From Vitrella brassicaformis CCMP3155 (taxonomy: Eukaryota > Protista > Chromerida), in assembly GCA_001179505.1 (NCBI GenBank), contig CDMY01000666.1:124001-188000 (forward strand): a stretch of 64,000 nt of DNA, written 5' to 3'. Position 1 is the first letter of the stretch. The number at the start of each line of letters is the position of its first letter. A program made the position numbers and the translations under genes. The notes under the pieces were generated by a model. That model saw only the letters and a program-made list of their open reading frames with translations. It was not told where the DNA came from and searched no databases. Of the stretch, positions 58,363 through 64,000 are shown one piece after another.

Positions 58363-58764
58363 CCTGAGACACCGACGTATACACAAAGAGACAGACAGGC
58401 AGACAGACAAACCATCAAATTCATTCACAGAGATGCGTCTCTCGTTCGTCAGCCGGATCGACCGACCTGCAGAGCATGTCACACCATGTGTCTTGTTCTC
58501 GCCTGTCCATGGTGAGAGCTGTATAAGTGCATGCTGGCACGCGTGTGAGAGACAACCAGTTGTGTGCCCCTTTCTGATGGTTGCCTGCCTTCTGTTGGAT
58601 CTGGGTCCAGGTGTGTGTGTTTGTGTTTCGTGGGTGGATGTCTCTGGCTGTAGGCTGGCCAGCCATGCATCAAGTCAGGCACAACAGCATTTTCGGCATG
58701 TATTGACCATCACGTGGTGTGTCTGATTGCAGCAGTCTCATCCTGGCTCGCTGTCGTTCGCTCC

Positions 58765-61700
58765 TCACCTTCTCCTCTTCATCTGTGTCTCGATCTCCGC
58801 GATCCTTCGGTCCATCTGCAGCTGTCGCTCGTCCATCTGTATCTGTCGCTCGTCCATCTGTATCTGTCGCTCTCCAATTTCCTTCAGCATCCCTTGCAAG
58901 ACTGACGACCACCAAAAGACCGACTCGACAGCATACCTCAAGGGCACAAAGAACGCGTGTCTCTTTCCCACCTGACAACATGTTCGATTGGGAAGACAAC
59001 ATGCCAGCTGCTGCAGAAGAATTGGTTTGCTGCTCCCCTTTGAACTGTTTCAGGGCTGCACACATACATGTAACAAGAGACATTCCAGATCAGAGGTATA
59101 CTGACGTGATAATATCTCACCTGTCATGACGTCAGAGGAGGTCGCGTTGTGGAAATCCGCTGAAGTGATCCAGTAATCGATGTCCTCCCTCGATCCACGC
59201 CACTCGTCACACTGTCGGACTTGCACCAGCTGTTGCACGTGAAGGCAACACAGGGGGAATGCCAGGATGGCGAAGGGAATGACAAGGATGAAGACCATGG
59301 CGTTCCACAAACGCTTGCCGAATGTGCGGGCCTGGGGGGATACAGTGTGCACGCAAAGTCACTACCTGAGTCTTGCCGTGGTGCTCACTTGGCGAAAGAA
59401 GAGGCAAAACAGGAGACAATCTGTGTTGTCCAGTGCGATAAAGTAGTTGTCGTATCGCATTACGTCGGGAAGACGCGCGAGGGCCGAAAAAATGAAGACG
59501 GGCGTGAATGCAAGGACGAAAAGGAGCCCGTCGATGACGTTAAAGATCAACAACAATGCCCAGAAGGCGATGCAGCCGAAAGTGGTCTCGTATCTGACAC
59601 TCTCGGTGACAGTGTCAATTACTCCAAACCGTTGTTGAATGAAAGTGATGAGGCGATCTAGTGGAGCCGATACGACCAAGGCTGCATGCAGAATAACCAG
59701 GGTGTGGATGCACAAGTGCGTATCGATGGGGAAATCATTGATGTTCGCCACGAACCAATGAGATTGAATGGAGGAGGCAGCCGCTCAAGCTTGGGCATTG
59801 ACAGATACTCATTCAGCACACGAATGCGCAGCAGCCTACCGACACCAGAAGTCATCATCAGCACGTCGTCACTGCCCGTGGCGTCGTGTGTCTCACTTAC
59901 TCGTATTGGGAATTCTGTGTCCGCTCGATCACCGAATAAGTGGACGCCTGATAGACATCACACAATGGCATCAATAGACCCTGTGCACTCCATTGTAGGC
60001 CTTCTCGCTGCGCCTTACCATGATGGCGATGAGCAGGTTCAGCTATGTGAGCAGTGGATAGAGACACGAAGCAAACATGGAGAGTCCATTCGAGCCCTTA
60101 CAGGTAGCTTTCATGGCAACGGCTTACGAGTATGATGGACGAGAGGATGGCGTAGATGAAGAGCAGGACGGCGCCCAAAGTGTCATGGTTTTCAATGCAG
60201 TTGTTCAGTGGAGTCTCGATCTCGCCAAGGCCGGCGTAGAAGCTGCAAACATAGACAGGCAGACAGTCAGATGTGTTTGGATGCCTGCCGTCCTTCCTTA
60301 CAGTGTGAGTGTGGCTTTGCCGTATGTGCCGAAGAACTCATGATTTGCGTCGGACGAGAGAACGGTCAACACTCCGGCGAAGACCAGCAAGATGTAGAGG
60401 TACACCATTAGGAACATGCTGATGTCAGACAGCATCTTCACAACAGCTCTGATCAAGGGAGAGAGAGACGCAACATGAGACACGGAACTTGGCGGTAGGT
60501 TTCTAGAATTTGCTGACAGGATGAGCGGCCCGATGTTTCGATGCAGGCTTGCTGTTTGCAGAAGGCGCAGGGCAAACAGGAGGGCGATGGCAATGCCTGC
60601 GTATGTCTCCGTTTCCGACGACCAGCCGGTGAAGTGGATGAAGAGGAAGACGACGATTGACAAAGATGACAAGAGGTCGATGTAGTTCCAAGTGTCTGCC
60701 CAATACGATATCCTGAGCCGGAGAGCCTAGTGAGCACATGGGCACATTAATGATTCTCAGTGAGTACATTTCGTCCCTCCTTCCTCTCTCCCCCCCTCCT
60801 ACTTGGTTGATTTCGAGAAGTATGAAACCAGCGCCTGTCGCCAAACAGCCGCAGAGCCATACCGACTGCCCCATCAATGTCAACTCCATGTCGCCGTCTC
60901 CTTTCATCGTGTCGATGTACAGGAAGTGGAAAATGATGCTGTCAGACAAAGGGATATCATGTGGATTTGCATGCTTTTTTGTGCTCCCATCCTCACAGGC
61001 AGAGCATCGACAAGACGCGGCTGAAGGAGACATTTCGGGGCGAAAACCTTACGCCCCAGAGCCTCTGCAAAGGGAACTCTTGCAACTCGTACCCTGGATA
61101 TGCTTTCTGCCAATGCCGTGTGACGAGAGAGATGCAGTTGGCTGTCTCGACCACAGCAAAAGAAGAAAGAGACACAGTGAAGCGATAGCATTCTTCGTGT
61201 ACCAACGGTTGTGTACTCTGTGTGACTACTTGCAGAGCTTCAGCAGATTGAATGCCGTAGAATCAGTCCATCTCCCAGCCCACTAGTGAGCGTTGAAAGA
61301 TAAATTGATCTGACTGAGCGCACTGACTGGCCGCGAATGACTGAATCAAGTCACTATGCAAATCGTGATTCGTGTCGGTGTCTCTCTCTTCTTACCTCCA
61401 TCCAGTCTCCCACTTTCGCCAGCTCCCTGACCATCAGACAAAACACAGCATCATCATGCCTCCCTGACCATATCCTGGCATCCCTTGATAGGAGGGGTTG
61501 CTCGGTGAGGGAGTCTCTTGGCCGTTGCTGCACCAGCTGGCGGATGTATGAGCAAAAGCGGATGCTATGAAGGTTGGGGAACTTGGAGCGATGTCTCAGG
61601 TACTGGGCCATGGCGCCTTGCAGAGAGGGCAAGATCATCGGCAGCATGTCATCCATGAATATGCGATCGAACTTCTCCCTCATCAAGAGCTCCGCAATGA

Positions 61701-64000
61701 CAAACCCGCCGGCCTCTCGCAACATCGCTGCCAGAGCCCTGGGATTGTGCGTGATTGCATAAACGAGAGGCGTCCGTCCTTCCTGTATGGACCAAACAGG
61801 AAAAAAGGTTCATCGCAGACCAGAAATTGTTGAGATGATAAAATGCAACGGCGCGGCTTACTCTGTCCGCTTTCGATAGCACATCAGGGTTTTTTTTTAC
61901 TATCCACTCCACGATTCCTGCGATTGCAACTGAATGAGGAGAGACAAGCATAGATACTTCAGCTCTAAGTATATGAGCTTTTCTAAATGACCTGCTCGTC
62001 GGTATGCCAAACTCGTAGGGCCGCTCGTAGGGCCGCCCGTAGAATATTCTTTTCTTTGCTCCCAAGGTACCGTATGCAAAGGGGTTCTTCCCGCCTGATT
62101 TTACCATTTTGTTGCTGCAAAAAGAAGAATAGAGGCGCTTATACCTGGTCTTGCAGTATCAGTCCTTCCACTCCAGCCTCCTCAACAAGCGTCTCCAACA
62201 TCTGTAGTCCTTCGTCTCCAAGAGAGGCTGCCATATGAAATGCACTATGGCCGAACTGTTTCACAGGGGAGAGAACATACACCATCAAAGCAAAAAGCCA
62301 CAGTCGTTTCTCACAGTACATTGTCTTGCACACGCCATAAATTAGGGTGCATCTTCAGCAGCGCCTTCACGGATTTCACAGTGTCGGACGCTGATAAACA
62401 GCAAGGCTCAAACACAAGGGCACTTGACGTCTTTCGCTTTGCTCACTTGCTACATGATGAAGTGCTGTAGCTCCCTCCGAATCTTTCACTTCGAGCGCCT
62501 CCGGTCCAGCGACCTCAACAAGCGCCTCCAAGGCCTGTAGTCCTTCTTCTTTTTGACAGAGTGCTTCCTGAATGGCCCTGAAGCCAGACTGTGTCACAGG
62601 ACAGAGAGTGAATACAGTCAAATCAAAGAGGCACAGCCATTCCTCACAGTACATCATCTGATACACGCCATAAATCAGGGTGCATCTTCAGTATCGCTTT
62701 CACCACTCCCGCATTGCCCGACGCTGATTGAAAGTAAGGCTCAGGTATATCGGCATTTGGTGTCTCTCGCTTTGCCTCACCTGCTGCATCATGGAGTGCT
62801 GTTGCTCTCCACGATTCTCTCAGTTCGAGACCCTCTAGTCCAGCGACCTCAGCAAGAGCCTCCAGGATCTGTACGCCTCCACTTTCACGTCGACTGGCGG
62901 CTTTGTGGAATGCAGTCTGACCCTGTTAATCCGCAGCTCACAGAAAGCAGAAAGGATTGGACAGACAACTTCTAAAAGCTCTCTTCTGAGCTCACAGAAA
63001 CATCAAAAGAAGCTCCACCGGTCGAACGATAAGTTTTAGAGCCATCAGTAGTGATACGCCAGAGATCAGGGTCCATCCTCAGCATCGCCTTCACCACATC
63101 CACCGAGCCCCGCTCTATGGACACCAGCAGAGTAAGCAGCAAATTGTGTGTCATCCTTTGCTCACCTGCTGCTGCAATATGCAGGGGAGTCCCATTCCGC
63201 TATCAGTATAGCATACACGGCGTGACACAGCAAGTCATCTAGATGTTTCTGGGCTGTGTAATGTTGTACCTTATCCTTCAGGCGCAGCAAGTGGCTCCGA
63301 TTGTCGAGCAGCATCTCAAAAACCTCCGAGTTTGAACATGTCACTAAGCCAAAAGATTGACCATCTCATACGTGGTGATGCATTGCCATGTCACCGCGTA
63401 CTTGCGGCCAAATGGATGGCAGAGTGTGTTGCTTCGTATTTCTGTTCGCCCCATTGCCATCTTCCAAACCTCAAGGCTTGCTCGATCTGTTCAGGAGACA
63501 GATCGGGAAAGGCCGCTTCCAGTGCAGCCGCATCTGACTCCTCGATGGCCTTCTTGATGTTCTCTCTCAGGGATGCCACCTGTCGATAAGCGGCAGGATA
63601 CACGTGCGAATAGAATGTGCGGTCACGCAAACCTGCCGCAAATCAGGCTTCTTCTCTAACATCCACTTGACCCACTGGACCACTCCTTCATTCCATCTTT
63701 CTGAAGACGTAAAGAGCAAAAAGTGATTCCGAGTGCTTCTTGCGACGTGTCTCAATATGACGACCTTCTGCCGTGTCAAGTGGGAGCTTTCCAGACTCAA
63801 GAGAATCGTAGAGATGGGGGAGGGACGACAAAGAGAATCAAGAGAAGAGAAGATGCGTAGTGTCTCGTACATTGTCTCTCATCTCTAGTCCCTCCAGTCC
63901 AGCGGCGTCAACAAGCGCCTCCAGAATCTCTGGGCCCTCATCGTCGTACCGCCGCGCTGCCATGTGAAATGCAGTCATTCCATCCTGTCGATAACACGTA
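58765..64000 (-). CDS. Ankyrin-repeat TRP-type cation channel (5' end beyond the window)
   Basis: Ankyrin exons (GMTAFHMAARR, GQTAFHKAAS, GHSAFHMAAS); S2-S3 YWADTWNYIDLLS; S4-S5 LRLLQTASLHRNIGPLILS|AVVKMLSDISMFL; pore EFFGTYGKATLTL..ALGE; S6 IYAILSSIIL|LNLLIAIM; TRP box 2 LPPPFNLI; C-terminal coiled coil. Confidence 0.85.
58810..58872. repeat. Three 21-bp tandem repeats encoding heptads (QIQMDER) in the TRP C-terminal coiled coil
   Basis: gtccatctg(c/t)a(g/t)ctgtcgctc repeated three times. Confidence 0.9.
62140..63985 (-). repeat. Tandemly duplicated two-exon ankyrin modules
   Basis: Recurring exon A (VKA.LKMHP.LWRV.D) and exon B (G..AFH.AA...GLQ.LE.LVE.AG.EGL); the flanking intron sequence is also similar (about 62290-62410 versus about 62630-62750). 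Confidence 0.8.

Noticed and set aside
58810-58872. Short direct repeats as a possible CRISPR-like array (also 44108-44150 and 62005-62045)
   Set aside because: Head-to-tail repeats with no unique spacers, in a eukaryotic coding or intronic context.
1-64000. tRNA, rRNA, snRNA genes or an autonomous transposon
   Set aside because: No cloverleaf with A/B boxes, rRNA-like segment, transposase, reverse transcriptase or terminal repeats were recognised by eye; a covariance-model scan would be needed to exclude small RNAs.

Overview
Intron-dense, GC-rich eukaryotic nuclear DNA full of (CA/TG)n, (CAGA/TCTG)n and (GGGA)n microsatellites, with two 300-N scaffold gaps. Intron style and gene families suggest an alveolate, most likely the chromerid Vitrella brassicaformis (inference, not checked by search). 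About 20-22 mostly multi-exon protein genes, largely in tight head-to-head pairs: an Atg22-like MFS transporter, an inverted pair of GT64 glycosyltransferases, a RING plus ankyrin-like protein, a GT34 glycosyltransferase, a zf-MYND protein, PHPT1/Janus phosphohistidine phosphatase, two IBB-less importin-alpha paralogs flanking a bacterial-type stand-alone left-handed beta-helix (GlmU-C-like) acetyltransferase, and an ankyrin-TRP channel running off the right edge. Most striking: (1) a prokaryote-type, Cys-less pentameric ligand-gated ion channel with a fifth TM helix and a C-terminal EF-hand pair; (2) an intronless, apparently mitochondrion-targeted tandem PD-(D/E)xK protein resembling the I-Ssp6803I homing endonuclease; (3) introns with CA-rich 5' and TG-rich 3' ends able to fold back on themselves. 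Exon structures were assembled by eye; no database searches were run. No rRNA, tRNA, CRISPR array or recognisable transposon was found.
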